DNA of 64,000 bases from Octopus vulgaris (taxonomy: Eukaryota), in the NCBI GenBank assembly GCA_951406725.2, contig OX597821.1, forward strand, positions 22,506,001 to 22,570,000. Reading direction: 5' to 3'. Shown piece after piece: positions 14,176 through 27,652 of this stretch. Numbering within the stretch: the first letter of the stretch is position 1; each line of letters opens with the position of its first letter. Under the pieces are notes generated by a model. The model was given only the letters and a program-made list of their open reading frames with translations, did not search any database and was not told the DNA's origin. The translations under genes were made by a program, and so were the position numbers.

Positions 14176-14500
14176 GGCGCATGGCTCAGTGGTTAGAGCG
14201 TCGAGCTTACGATCGTGAGGTTGTCAGCTCGAATCCCGGACCAGGCTGCATGTTGTGTTCTTGAGCAAGACACTTTACTTCACGTTGCTCCAGTTAACTC
14301 AGCTGTAGAAATGAGTTGCGACACCACTGGTTACAAGCTGTATTGGCCCCTTTGCCTTTCCTTTGGATAACACTGGTGGCGTGGAGAGGGATGCATGGGC
14401 GACTGCTGGTCTTCCATAAACCACCTTGCCCAGACTTGTGACTAGAAAGGTAACTTTCTAGGTGCAATCCCATGGTCAGTGTCGTGACCGAAGGGGGTCC
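14176..14500 (+). mobile_element. tRNA-derived SINE family C with CORE-like domain
   Basis: TGGCTCAGTGG A box, CTCGAATCC B box, then GTGTTCTTGAGCAAGACACTTTA...CTCAGCTGTAGAAATGAG, similar to the CORE-SINE central domain. Other copies at about 49700-50040 (-) and 58817-59065 (+). Confidence 0.8.
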
Positions 14501-14627
14501 CGATATATATATATATATATATAAAATTCTCTACATTTAGTTACCCACATCTGTTAAACATATCTCAATTTACTCTACTTGTGATTCCTTGTGTATCTTA
14601 TGGAATTTTTTCCTTTTCTCTTTCCAG

Positions 14628-14828
14628 ATATTAGGCTGTGGTGCCTTGGCAGTTGGAATTTGGTACTTGGTTACGGAATACAGTGCACGAGAAGTATCTG
14701 TAGTAGTTGGAGAAGAATGGTTCGAAGTAGCAACATACCTCTTGATAGGTGCTGGTGGCACAATAGCGCTGCTGGCGTTTTGTGGCTGCTGTGGTACAAT
14801 GAGGGAGGATAAATGTGTGCTAGGCTTT
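14628..14828 (+). CDS. Tetraspanin, first coding exon visible in window (end of TM1, EC1, TM2, inner loop)
   Basis: Pyrimidine tract + ttccAG acceptor, GTAAGT donor, 201 nt, phase 0-0. Translates ILGCGALAVGIWYLVTEYSAREVSVVVGEEWFEVATYLLIGAGGTIALLAFCGCCGTMREDKCVLGF; GCCGxxxExxC is the typical tetraspanin TM2/inner-loop signature. Confidence 0.95.
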
Positions 14829-15125
14829 GTAAGTTTTTCCATTATCTTATATCTTTTATCTATTTCAGCCATTACACTGTAGCCATGCTATGGCACCTCT
14901 TTTGAGGTATTTAGTCGAACTAAACAATCCCAGTACTTTTTTTTATTCCTAAGCCTTGTACTTATTCTATCAGTTTGATTTTTTTTTGCCAAACCACTAA
15001 GTTACAGGAACATAAACAAACCAGCACTGGTATTCAGGCACAAAGACATGCCCGTAGACACACGCATGCATACTTGCACACACATACATAATATGAATAT
15101 GCATATGTAAATACATATATATACA

Positions 15126-16660
15126 TCTATATATATAAAACTGAGAATGTGTGTCTGTCTAAAACTTGAGAACTACACAACCAATTTCATTCAAATTTAC
15201 ATATGCCTTAGGGTCTGGGGAGTGTCATTGGCAAAAAAATTTTTTAACTTCAGTATTACGTGTTAAAAGTGAAACAAAAACATTTCTCTATTTTATGCTT
15301 TCACTTTAACAATAAAAATAATAATAACAATTGAATTATATGTAGTAAGTAATAATTAAAATCAAACTAAAGTATAATATAATCGTAACATAACAAAAGT
15401 AAAAGTAGCAATTGGTATAAAATTGCATCAATGACTTGAACTTGAATAAGTGGTTTCACATGAATAGGAATAAATTAAAAATAAAATTAGCGTGCAGAAA
15501 TGGAATAGTCCAGATGGAGCTGTGCACATACCGTTTACCACGGCTTTTACACTAGATTATCTGCTAATTAGCTAGCATTAAGTCTCTATATGAAGTTTGG
15601 CTGTATGTAATGTCTGTTTTCTCGAACAGCCATTTCTACTGAGTACTGCTGTAGGTTTATTTCTTATACATAAAGGACTATAGCTTCAACTGTGTACTGC
15701 TTTTTGATTCACCGTAAGGTTTGTTGTTATTATTATTACTGTTTAACTATTGTTATCACATTTGTTGGTTCCTCGTAAGGGAAACGTTGTTGTGTTGCAT
15801 TTGTTAAATTATTGTAAACTGTAACCTTCCCCCTTCGGGAGAAGGAGCTTTGGTTATTGTTTAAAAATTGAATTGTGTCCCTGTTTGGGGAAATTGACAA
15901 TATTTTCACTGTTTATACGGAAGCATTTTTGTTAGAATGCCTTCGATAGAAGAAAGTCCAAAAGTGAATTTCGCTGCAGCCATCGGGCGGGCGCGAACTC
16001 ATTAAAATTAAAATGGAAGAAATACAAACCTATTTCGGATTGATCACCGACAAAGACGGTGAATCTAGGATAACACCACCAAATGAAATAAAAAATTAAA
16101 TTAAAGAAAAGACTATTGTCTATAAAGTATACAATGTAGAGGAAAAAAAAGATTTGAAAGCCTGGAGGAAAGCACCATCGAAAAGTGTCTTGGTGCGACT
16201 ATGAAAGATATCTAAGCAGAGGCGGTAAATTCGCCACAATAGAAGCAAGGTTCGAGTCAACGGAGCATGCAAGGGAGTACTCGACTTGAACCTTGCAAAG
16301 TGGAAATATTTTATTTTTACCTTTATATCTGGGACGTCCTACGTCCCAGATATAAAGGTAAAAATGCCCCCCCCCCCTTCCCCGCCAGAAGTAGAGGTAG
16401 GCTTGATTGTAGCCACACTTCTATACAAGAGGGAGGACAAGATCCAATTGATCGAAATTGCAAGAGATGGGCCTACAATTCCAGTCTGTTATATATTTTG
16501 AGTATTGTTATCACTAGCGATATCAAGACATAACTTTGTATTTTGTATTTTATGTGTAGATGTATATATATATATATATATATATAGATGTACATGTAAT
16601 ATGTACACATATATACATGCACTAGCACTATGATTCAGCAACGACGGGTCATAATGCTAG
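15126..16660 (+). mobile_element. Non-autonomous Helitron with internal cargo
   Basis: A|TCTATATATATAAAACTGAGAATGTGTGTCTGT 5' end; 3' degenerate hairpin TATGATTCAGCAACGACGGGTCATA then CTAG|T at 16657-16661. Confidence 0.7.
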
Positions 16661-16773
16661 TATATGTATATATATACATAGATATTTATGTGAATATATG
16701 TATGTAAATGTATATATATATATTTGAGTGTATATACATATATTTTTATAATTTTCTTTCGAAGCACACACAC

Positions 16774-16810
<37 letters not shown>

Positions 16811-17910
16811 GTACATATATATGTATGTTTCTGTGTCTATGTATATATGCACCCACATACACACACATTGAGAGAAAAAGTAGTCATAAGAGTAATCAGA
16901 TGTGTACAAGAAAGAGGATTGCTGGTTTGGTCATGGATGGAGGGACAGCTGCATACAGAAGTGCCAATCACTTAAGGTAGCTTGTGGAAGAGGGAGACCC
17001 AGTGAAACAGGACAAAGTAGTGAAGGCTGATCTCAAGACCCCAGATCCTATCAAACCAGCCAATCCATGCCAGCATGGAACAACAGATATTAAATGATGA
17101 TGGTGAATGTGTGTGTTTCTTCATGTTGACTTTGCATGATAGTTGTAAATGAATGTCGCTGTCAGACAAGCAATGTTTTCATTTGATATATTCTACCGAA
17201 ACATACATAGAAACACATAAGGCGGCAAACTGACAGAAACGTTAGCACCACTGGGTTGAAATGCTTAGCGGTATTTCGTCTGCCGTTACATTCTGAGTTC
17301 AAATTCCGCCGAGGTCAACTTTGCCTTTCATCCTTTCGGGGTCGATAAATTAAGTACCAGTTTCGCACTGGAGTCGATGTAATCGACTTAATCCCTTTGT
17401 CTGTCCTTGTTTGTCCCCCTCTATGTTTAGCCCTTTGTGGGCAGTAAAGAAATATATATTCTACCGAAACATGTCTGGCCATGGAGAAATATTACTTGCT
17501 TTAGGAAACGGTGAGGATTAGAGATAGGCAGGACAACCAACCGTAGAAAATCTACTTCAATAAACTGTATCTAACTCATGCCAGCATGGTGGAAAAATGG
17601 ATATTAAAACAATAAGGAGGATTCTCCCAGCTTTTGGAGGAGTGTTAGGCATGATAGTAGACTAGCTTCTTATCCTTGAGATTGCAAGAACAATTCCTAA
17701 TTCATATTTGTTTTGGCTTTGGTCAGTAAGTGGTATTTCCTATTTGTTTCTACCTAGAAACCAAAGGAAATTACTATTCCTTTCAAACTTTGCTTTTGTC
17801 ACCTGGACATCAGTGTTTGGAAACTGACCTATTTTCCATTATATTTCAGACAGATTTAGCACTGAATTACTGAAGCAAAAATATTTTTGGGGAGCAAATA
17901 TTCTGTTTAA

Positions 17911-18126
17911 CCCTTTTGTTACTGTATTTATTTTGAGATGTTCTTTCTTTCAGTTACTATAAATATAACAAAGAATTTAGTAAAATAACTTAGTTATAAA
18001 TCAGCTAGTGTTAGGAACATAAATTGTGACTAAGGTTTGGTGGAAGATTTTAATTCAAAATTTTTGAAAACAAGACATTTTACCACATAGCTAGAGCCAG
18101 TTTCAGCCAGGTTGGTAACAAAGGGG
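17911..18126. mobile_element. piggyBac-type MITE
   Basis: TTAA|CCCTTTTGTTAC ... GTAACAAAGGGG|TTAA; related copies at about 23677-23870 and 59653-60267. Confidence 0.8.
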
Positions 18127-19839
18127 TTAATATCATAGACTTGCTTATTAGCTACTTGACCGTAACCACTTGAGCATGTCCCTTAGTGGTATGTACATTC
18201 ATGAGCAGAAGTAGTGGGAGAACATCATAGCCATGTGTTGAGAGGGATTCTTTGGAATGTGAATAAATGTAACAAAAGCACACTTTCCAAAGGTAAGTTA
18301 ATAGGAAATAGCAGTTGCTACCCAGGAACAAAATCCATGTTACACAGTGTTGTTAGTGTCAGAGAAGTGAGCATAATGGCTTTAATGAGGCCCTCATGGG
18401 GGCCCCTCATGATAAAAATGTATTAACCTTGCTAACTATAAGCCTTCTGGTTGTTATATGAGCCAGAGACGCAGTCTGGTGGGGATTGAGTGGAGGTGGG
18501 TGGTTTGTTTAGTGATGTTGGCACACCTGAGGCTGCAAGCTAATTATTATCATCATCATCATCATCATCATCAGATTAGGTTTTGGCATGTTTGTGTGTG
18601 TGTGTGCTGTGGGGGGTATTCTATTCTCAGCTGTAGTTCTTTCTGTGCTTAGTAACCCTGAATAGTCTGTTCCTCACCACTTCATCAACGCCGCCATCTC
18701 ACCACTTACCAACTGTATGTGTGGTGGTGATGATGGTGGTGGGAGAGGTCGGCACTGTCACTTTCTTCCCCCTGATGTATGCACCACACTCACAAGCACT
18801 ATCACCACCGGCTTCTATATACACTACACTGTTACTACTACAACTACTACTGCAAACACCACTACCATGTTACCTGCTATCACCACCACTGACACCCTAA
18901 CTGCAGTCAGCACACCAGCTGCTCTCACCAACCAGGAGCCCTCAAGCCAGTGAGAGAGAGCTTCTGATATGGTTGTTTAAGATGCTAGAAATAGCAGCCA
19001 TATCAAAAATACTCTATTATCTTAAAAAAAAAATGAAAGTAAAGAAACTTCAGGTAATATATTCCATGGCAGCCTTAAAAATACAGGGTGGTTAGGGTTG
19101 GAACATTTCTGATCATAGGTTTGCACGACCAGGATTTACCTGTGGTTAAACAACATCAGCATTGTTATCACAACTATCATTGTATATATGACCATCACCA
19201 CTCTGAAGCACTGGCACACTACATGGCACCATAACCACTGCCTGCTGCTCCATTGGTGGCAATGATGAGGGTTCCCATTGACTTGTACCTTCACAACAAA
19301 CACATTGATACTCCATCGGTTACGAGTTCCAGTCAATCCGATCAATGAAATAACTTGTTCATAAAATTAATGTGCAAGTGGCTGAGCAATCCATAGACAC
19401 ACATACCTATTTCTTTACTGCCCACAAGGGGCTAAACACAGAGGGGACAAACAAGGACAGACAAACGGATTAAGTCGATTATATCGACATCCAGTGCGTA
19501 ACTGGTACTTATTTAAATCAACCCCAAAAGGATGAAAGGCAAAGTCGACCTCGGTGGAATTTGAACTCAGAACGTAGCAGCAGACGAAATACTGCCAAGC
19601 ATTTCGCCCGTCATACTCTTTTACTCTCTTATTTGTTTCAGTCATTTGACTGTGGCCATGCTGGTGCACCACCTTTAGTCGAGCAAATCGACCCCAGGAC
19701 TTATTCTTTGTAAGCCTAGTACTTATTCTATCGGTCTCTTTTGCCGAAGCGCTAAGTTACGGGGACGTAAACACACCAGCATTGGTTGTCAAGCGATGTT
19801 AGGGGGACAAACACAGACACACACACATATACACACACA

Positions 19840-19883
<44 letters not shown>

Positions 19884-21303
19884 TATACATATATATGACG
19901 GGCTTCTTTCAGTTTCCGTCTACCAAATCCACTCAAGGCTCTGGTCGGCCCGAGGCTATAGTAGAAGACACTTGCCCAAGGTGTCACGCAGTGGGACTGA
20001 ACCTGGAACCATATGGTTCGTAAGCAAGCTACTTACCACACAGCCACTCCTACGTCATGCTAACGTTTCTGCCAGCTAGCCGCCTTTAAACACACATACC
20101 CTTAATAAAATTCTCAGGGAGATTCAGCGTGATGCAGAATTGGATAAAGCTGGCCCTTTGAAATCCAAGTACTGAGTGAATTGGAGCAACATGAAATAAA
20201 GTGTCTTGCTCAAGGACTCAATATGCTATCTGGTATCGAACACAGAACCTTAGAATCTTGATCTGAATACCCTAACTACTAAGCCACATGCTTTCACACA
20301 CACACACACACACACACACTCTGGCAGTCTGTCGGTTCCAATGACGAGGGTTCCAGTTGATCCAATCCATGTAACAACTTGCTTGTGAAATTAACATGCA
20401 AGTGGTTGAGCGCTCCACAGACATGCATGCCCTTAGCATAGTTCTTAGCAAGAATCAGCATGACATGGAGTGTAACAAGGCTGGCCCATTGAATTACAGG
20501 TACTGCTTATTTTTTGCCAGCTGGGTGAATTGGTACATCTTGAAATAAAGTGTCTTGCTCAAGGACACACTGCGTCACCGGGGATTGAACTCATGACCAT
20601 ATGATCATGACCCGAATACCCTAACCACTAAGCCATGTACCTTCACCACTACCGCTACACTATAGACTACTGCCATCTCACTACAGACTACCACTACCAC
20701 TCATATGAACTGCCATCATACTACATGCTACCACTCCACTATGGACCACCACCACTCAAGGTATTGCTACCCCTACATCACCACTACTGCCACCTCACCG
20801 TCGTAGTGCATGCCATCCCCACATCAGGCCCCCATCACCATCAGGCACTGCCACCACCCTCCGCCATCTCCTCCGTCACCTCCAGTTCAGTACATGAGCT
20901 AACAATAACACAAAAGACACAGAAATAGATGCTCTTGGCAATAGTGCCAATTCTCATTCTCACACACACACACACACGCACACACACACACATGCACACA
21001 CACATGCACACACATCACTGCTATCATTATGGTCAGCATCACCAACATTATCATTGCTGTTGCCACTATCAGCATCATCATCAATACTGCTATCATCACC
21101 ACTACCTCCACCATCATCATCTTCACTACCACTATCATCATCATCATTATCATCACCATCACCATTTTTTTGTTGTTTCTTTTTATCTATTACACTTATT
21201 CCTCTTGGCCATTGCTGTAGTTGTCAGCTTGGTTTGGACCAGGCATGACCATCCTGTCTTTTATTGAGATATTCTGTCTAAGAAGCTGCATTATCCAGTC
21301 TCC

Positions 21304-21537
21304 AAGGCGGCGAGCTGGCAGAAACGTTAGCACGCCGGACGAAATGCTTAGCAGTATTTCGTCTGCCGTTAGGTTCTGAGTTCAAATTCAGCCGAGGTCG
21401 ACTTTGCCTTTCATCCTTTCGGGGGTTGATTAAATAAGTACCAGTTATGCACTGGGGTCGATATAATCGACTTAATCCGTTTGTCTGTCCTTGTTTGTCC
21501 CCTCTGTGTGTAGCCCCTTGTGGGCAGTAAAGAAATA
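21304..21537 (+). mobile_element. tRNA-derived SINE family B (about 235 bp), full copy with TSD
   Basis: AAGGCGGCGAGCTGGCAGAA head, B box GAGTTCAAATTC, perfect 14-bp TSD ATTATCCAGTCTCC (21290-21303, 21538-21551). Other copies at 11050-11270 (-), 17219-17453 (+, 19-bp TSD), 19408-20086 (-), 36683-36904 (-), 62983-63160 (-). Confidence 0.9.
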
Positions 21538-21990
21538 ATTATCCAGTCTCCTTTTTCTCTTACTTTTTTTTAATGACTGTGAAGGTGATTTGAGAGATTT
21601 GACTGTTTTTTTTAACGAGTTGATTGACCACATAGAGGGCCCTCCTGTTCATTCAGGTACCTTGTTTTGTTTTTTTTTATATTAACTACAGTAAATAAAT
21701 CTACCTAGTTTAGGGTGTTCATGCACAAACACACATTATTTGTATATATGTGTGTGTGTGTGTGTGTGAATAGAGAGGCATTAATATACAAATGTATGTA
21801 AACAAACTTTACTAGTTATATATACACACATTTTGAGTGTGTGTGTGTGTGTTTACCCACATTTGTGTATATATGTGCTTGTGTGTGTATGTGTGTGAAG
21901 AGATAGAGAGAGAGAGAGAGAAAGGAGGGCATTAATATATAAATGTATGTCAACAAACTTTAGCTATGTATACACCTTTGAGTGTGTGTT

Positions 21991-22043
<53 letters not shown>

Positions 22044-23879
22044 GCACACACTAACACATATATACCTTTATATAATATACATATGTATGTACACACGCAC
22101 ACATTCATACATGTGTGCCTGCAAATATACATCTAGACATAAATTCCTAGCGCTGGTGGGTGGGGTGACAGAGTAGGCATCAGTCTAGCAGTAGCTAGCA
22201 TATATCACTCTACTCTACTTGTTTCAACCTAATTAGCTTTTGGATTTAATTACCACTGCCACAGCCCAGCATCCTCCACTTTCTGTTCCTGTCCATTTCT
22301 TTCTCCTCTCTCCTCTCTCTCTCTCTCTCTCCCTTCTCTCTCTCCCTTCTCTCTCTCTCCCTCCCTCTCTCTCTCTCACACGGCTTAGGTAACCTTGAAT
22401 TCTGGTGAGGTGAGCTATGTTGATGATGATGGTAGAGTGCAAGGGAAGTTGGGTGGCAGATTAGTCTCTTGGGGTAGCTAGGCTAGACTGTTTGCTGGTA
22501 GGGGGTGGCTGTGATGATGGCTACTTTCCTAGTTACTTGCCTCTTTTTTTTTTTTTTGTTACCTCTCAGGCGCATCTAATAATTTCACTACCATCACCAC
22601 CACTACCACCATTATATTCTTACCACCAACCACTATCACAACTACCACCACCACCACTATCATCATTACTATCATCATATTTGCATCACCACCTCCACTA
22701 TCACTGCCATTCCAACTACTACCAGTGTTACCAATGAAGAAGCACTCTATGTGGTCAATTAACCTGCTAAAAATAGCAATCAGATTTCCTCAAATCACAT
22801 GGTGCCCTAAATATACAAAGGAAAACAGGGTGGTCGAGGTCAGATTGTCTTTAAGCAACAGAGTCTGCTCAATCAGTATTTTAATCACTAGAACACTTTC
22901 CCTCCATAAAAACTACTACCACAACTATGACCAATTCTACATTCATACTACCACACCAACACCACATACCTCACCACATCTTGTTATAATTCTTTTCCCA
23001 TTTTTGTTGGATATTTTAATCTAAATTAAATCATGGGAAAATTAGGCCAGAGGAGTGATGTGAGGAAACTGTTTTTGTATGCTATGTACATGATGTAGGC
23101 GCTGTGTGTGTGTGTGTGGTAAGCAGTTTGGCTTCTCAACTACATGGTTCCAGGTTCAATCCCATTGCATGACACTTTGAGCAAATGTCTTTTTTAACTA
23201 TAAGCTCTGGGCTATAATAGAAGACACCTGTGAGTAGATTTGGTAAATGGAAACTGAAAGAAGCCCATCCATTGTGTGTGTGATCAGCATCATCATCATC
23301 ATCATTTAACATCTGTTTTCCATGTTGGCATGGGTTGGACGGTTTGGCTGGAAACCCTGTGTGTGTGTGTGTCTCATTGCATTTTACATTGTGTAATAGT
23401 TGTAAACGAATGTCAGCTTTATGCAAGTTGAGCCCTTCATTTCTAATCTTCCATAAAACCATGTCTGGTTATAGGGAAATATCTGCTTGGAAGCAGGTGA
23501 GGGTCTGGCTGAACAACTATGAGTCAACAAAATCTTTGGTGTTTTGAGGGACTGCATTACCTAATGCATCTGTCTTTCATTTCATTAAAACTGCGTGTGT
23601 ATGTTGGGGGGGTGATTTGAGGGAGATTTTGTTATTTTTAATAGATCACATGACCATATAGAGGCTGCTTTGTTAACCCTTTTGTTACGATATTTCTGTT
23701 GAGATGCTCTGTGTTTCTTTCAATTATTTTAAATATAACAAAGAATTTAGTGAAATAACTTAGATATCATGAAGCTAGTGTTAGGAACATTAATTGTGAC
23801 TAAGGTTTGGTGGAAGATTTTAATTCAGAACTTATGAAAAAACAAGACATTTGTACCCAGAACCAGAGCCGTTGGTTTT

Positions 23880-24490
23880 GCTCTGGAGAAAAAAGTTAGG
23901 AGTAAAAGGGCCTGCTTTCAGAACCTGTCGCCAAACATGGGCATTTCGAAGATAAGGTAATGCTCTGCATTTGGCGGAATTGTGAGGGGATAGATAATTC
24001 TGTATAAGTTGCTTCAAGACGGTCAAACCATCAATGCCACCTGTACTCCGAACAACTGGGACTGATGTATGCCATTGTGTGGCAAAAATACCAGGCATTG
24101 GTTAACAGAAACAAAGCTCTTCCACAGCAAGACAACGCAAGACCTCATACTGTATGAATGATCCTGAATGAACTCCAGGAACTTGAGAGAATTGAGTTGA
24201 TGCCATACCCAGCGTATATTGTCTGGACCTAACTCCTTCAGAATATTATCTGTTCTGATCCATGAGTCATTTCCTGTGCTTGCAATGCTTCATCAACCAA
24301 GAGGAGTTCTTCACCTTGAAGGACAAGAACTGGTATCAGCGTGAGGTCAAAGAACTGGCAGAAAGGTGGCTTCAGGTGGTGTCACAACGATGGCCTCTGC
24401 TTCCAAATGCTAGGTTGCTTTTGTTTTTACTTGGCAATTAAAGTAAATAAGTTAACAAAATACTGCAAAACTTTTGATTCAATGCAGTAG
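23880..24490 (+). pseudogene. Degraded mariner (DD34D-type) transposase, 3' half
   Basis: Broken frames give KVMLCIW, QQDNARPHT and DLTPSEYYLF, matching mariner catalytic motifs; several stops and frameshifts; TIR-like end near 24465-24490. Confidence 0.8.
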
Positions 24491-25699
24491 AGGCTTAAGA
24501 TATACAGAGTGCTCGATCAGTGAGTCACAAACACCTATTATTTTCAACAATGAACCAAATTTTGTGACTATTAAAAATCTAGTGCACCACCGCTTATATA
24601 GTAAGAACAAATATACCAACAACAAAGGTGGCATACACACACAAACACACATTGAGCTAAATAAACTCAGCTCTATGCCAGAGGTAATTCTTTCATACCT
24701 GGGGTGAAATGTTAGTGCAGAAATGTGTAGGAATGTTGTACTGAAGAAAAATACAGTATCTTTCATTTTATAAATTCATAAGCTATGGAACTATATTATG
24801 GTATGAAGGGTTAGTTCTTAACATCTTGTTGAACATTTTGCATGTCAAATGATCAGTCTTGTAATAATGGGGCAGAAAATACCTAAAAATGGACTTGTTT
24901 GTTCAAATGCTTATAAGTTTATGTACTTGTGGTCAGATCATTGTGAAAATTTGTATTACTACAGAAAAGATGTCTTTTGTTTTATGTAAATAGTCGTTTT
25001 TGCTTAAATGTTGTGCATGTGTGATTGTTAATTAATGGACATAATAATATCTAAAAGAAATCATACTCTAAAATAGATGATGAAAAGAGATGTTAATAAT
25101 GAATTAAATGCAAATAGTAAACAGGTATGGACATAGAAAAATCCTGAACACACATGCAAAAAAGTGGGGTGTTCCCCTGACCATTTTGCAGCATTTTTTC
25201 ATGATGAAATATACAGGGTCAACTGAGTTACTCTCTTCAGAAACAACTTACCCAAAGTTTCTATTAAAAAACAGAAAAGTCAACTCTGAAAGTAAATTGT
25301 GGAAATTCAGCAACATGTGCCAATTTTAATAGCAAACATTATAAAATGTGAATAAATGGCAGAGGGATGGATTAGTTTTCTCCCTTAGATTTGCGAGTGT
25401 CAGGCAAGTACCCGGGTTGATGACATTGACTACCTATCTTACCCATAAAATTAGTGGCTTTGTGTCTAAATTTGTAACTACCATTATTATTGCCAGGCAA
25501 AATGCTTAGCAACATTTCACACATCTCTATGTTCTGAATTCAAATTCTGCCATGGTTGAGTTTGCCTTTCATCCTTTTGAGGTTGATAAAATAAGTACCA
25601 GTTGAGTACTGGAGTCAATGTATTCAATTAGTCCCCTCCCCCAATTTTCAGGCCATGTGCCTGTAGAGGATTGGATTATTATTTTTATTATTATTATTA

Positions 25700-25990
25700 T
25701 TCACTCCTGCTCCAGAGCGTCGGCTGCGGGGTCATTCCAAAAAGCTCTATCTGCGACGATTTCATCTTAATCGAAGGAGAGGGGCTTTCTCTGTCCGGGT
25801 TGCGGATCCGTGGAATAAGCTGCCAGACGAGATGGTGAAGATGCCGACAACCGCTCGGTTCAAAGTCTCCCTTGACCTCAAGTGGCCTGAACTCTTTACA
25901 TGAACACCACCCTGTACATAACTCCATGTCCCCTTACATGGCCTTGCTTTTTGCTTTTTGAGCCAAAAAATTAACTAACTAACTAACTAA
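25700..25990 (+). mobile_element. CR1-clade LINE 3' end
   Basis: Reads FTPAPERRLRGHSKKLYLRRFHLNRRRGAFSVRVADPWNKLP...FKVSLDLKWPELFT*; short 3' UTR with (AACT)n tail. Confidence 0.8.
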
Positions 25991-26859
25991 ATTATTCCTC
26001 TGGATAGCAAGCTGACGGAATCATTTGTACCCCTAACAAAATGTTGCTAGGCATTTTATCCATCTTTACATTCAGAATCTAAATTCTGCCAAGGTCAACT
26101 TTGTCTTTCATCCTTTTAGGGTCAGAAAATAAGTTCCAGTTGAGCGCTGGGAAGCTCATGTAATAAACTTACCTGCTACCCCGAAATTGCTAGCCTTGCA
26201 CCAAAATTTGGTGGGACAGATCTAGTTATCAGCTGAATCTATTGTGGAGATTACCCTACTGCTGTCTTTTAACCCGAAAAGGGAAAGCAGTCTTTATATG
26301 CTTGGTGGATGAGATGGAAGGGGCTGAAGACAAACACTTTACTCTGTGGCCTCATCAACTTCTTCAGGTTTCACTTGAAGAGGAAAATAAGGGTGGAAAA
26401 AGGAAGTGTTGCCTTTTAGCCAGTTTGCTGAAAGGTGGATGAGAGTGGCAAGAATGGTGCAAATGGATGGGCCTACCCTGTGCATACACCTGTAATCAGA
26501 GGTGAAGATAACTAAGGAAAGACACCTGCCCCAGAAGTCAGGGCACTTGTGGTTTTTATAGGGTTTTTCCATGAGCAACAGCAACCCTGGAGCATCTCTC
26601 TATTCGGAGTTACATGTTGTAGAAGGGATTATTATTATTAAGGTAGCAAGCTGTCAGAATTGTTAGTGTCCCAGGCAAAATGCTTAGTGGCATTTTGTTC
26701 ATTTTTACATTCTGAGTTCAAATTCTGCCACGGTCGACTTCGCCTTTCATCCTTTCAGGGTCAATAAATTAAGTACCAGTGAAACCCTGGAGGGTCAATG
26801 TAATTGACTAGTCCCCTCTCCCAACATTGCAGGCCTTGTGCAGAAGAAAGGATTATTAT

Positions 26860-27426
26860 GCACAAGGCATCAGCTGCATCATTGGGTGCTGGATGGATGG
26901 GCCATTTAAATTGCTTGGGGGTCTGGTTTGGTCTGGACCTCCAGATGGGCAAAAACCAGGATGAGGTAATGAGCGGGATGAGTACTCTTACCCAGAAATG
27001 GGCCGAGCGGAAGCTATCCCTGAAAGGTCGGGCAGAGATGGCTAATGTGTACATCGTGTCCATCATCTACTACTGCTTGATCATCATGCCTTGTCCTGGC
27101 CACCATCTGATTACATTGGAGCATATACTCTTCCACTCTTTGTGGGAGGGATGCATTCCAATGGTCAGGTAGTCTATCCACTATCAGCACCCATTGCATG
27201 GTAGCCTGAGCATGCCGTGGTTGATGATGCGCAGACATGTGCTTAGGTTATGACACCTGCAGTGCTTCCTTGATGGTGAACATTTGTTAAACCTGTTTAC
27301 ATGCAAAACCCTTACAACACACACTCACATACACACATTCTTTGTTTTGCCCTGTATTGGACTTTAATGCTTCTCTTAGTGTAAATCCTTTGTGGTCAAT
27401 AAAGAGATTATTATTATTATTATTAT
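26860..27426 (+). mobile_element. L1/Tx1-clade LINE remnant with 3' tail
   Basis: ORF 26804-27172 LGVWFG...W.ERKLSLKGRAEMAN...YY...P...LFHSLWEG resembles the post-RT region of Tx1-type ORF2; ends in AATAAA (27398) plus (ATT)n. Confidence 0.7.
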
Positions 27427-27442
27427 CTTTTTTTCATTTCAG

Positions 27443-27517
27443 TATAGTGGAACACTGTCTTTTATGCTGCTGTTTCTCACTGTTTCCTGTGGGATGGCAT
27501 TTTACTTCAGAAGACAG
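27443..27517 (+). CDS. Tetraspanin exon (TM3)
   Basis: tttcatttcAG acceptor, CAG|GTAGGT donor, 75 nt, phase 0-0; YSGTLSFMLLFLTVSCGMAFYFRRQ, a hydrophobic helix in frame with the neighbouring exons. A second in-frame donor lies at 27530. Confidence 0.9.
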
Positions 27518-27620
27518 GTAGGTGAAATTGTAAGTATGGAAACTACTGATTTTCTTAAATACTGCATCTCCGACATGCATTGTCTGCTGCTGTTGCTGCT
27601 GGTCGCCACCTTCAATCTCC

Positions 27621-27652
<32 letters not shown>

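Noticed and set aside
14176-14250. tRNA-like sequence with A and B boxes (also 28250-28320 minus strand)
   Set aside because: No complete acceptor stem, and it continues into SINE body sequence: a SINE head, not a tRNA gene.
1-14627. Search for the first tetraspanin coding exon (ATG plus start of TM1)
   Set aside because: No segment with a KYxLFxFNxxFW-like peptide and a phase-0 donor was recognised; probably upstream of the window, though a short exon could have been missed by eye.
20635-21267. His-, Met- or Thr-rich ORFs
   Set aside because: Derived from degenerate (CAT)n/(CAC)n tracts; no splice-site support or domain.
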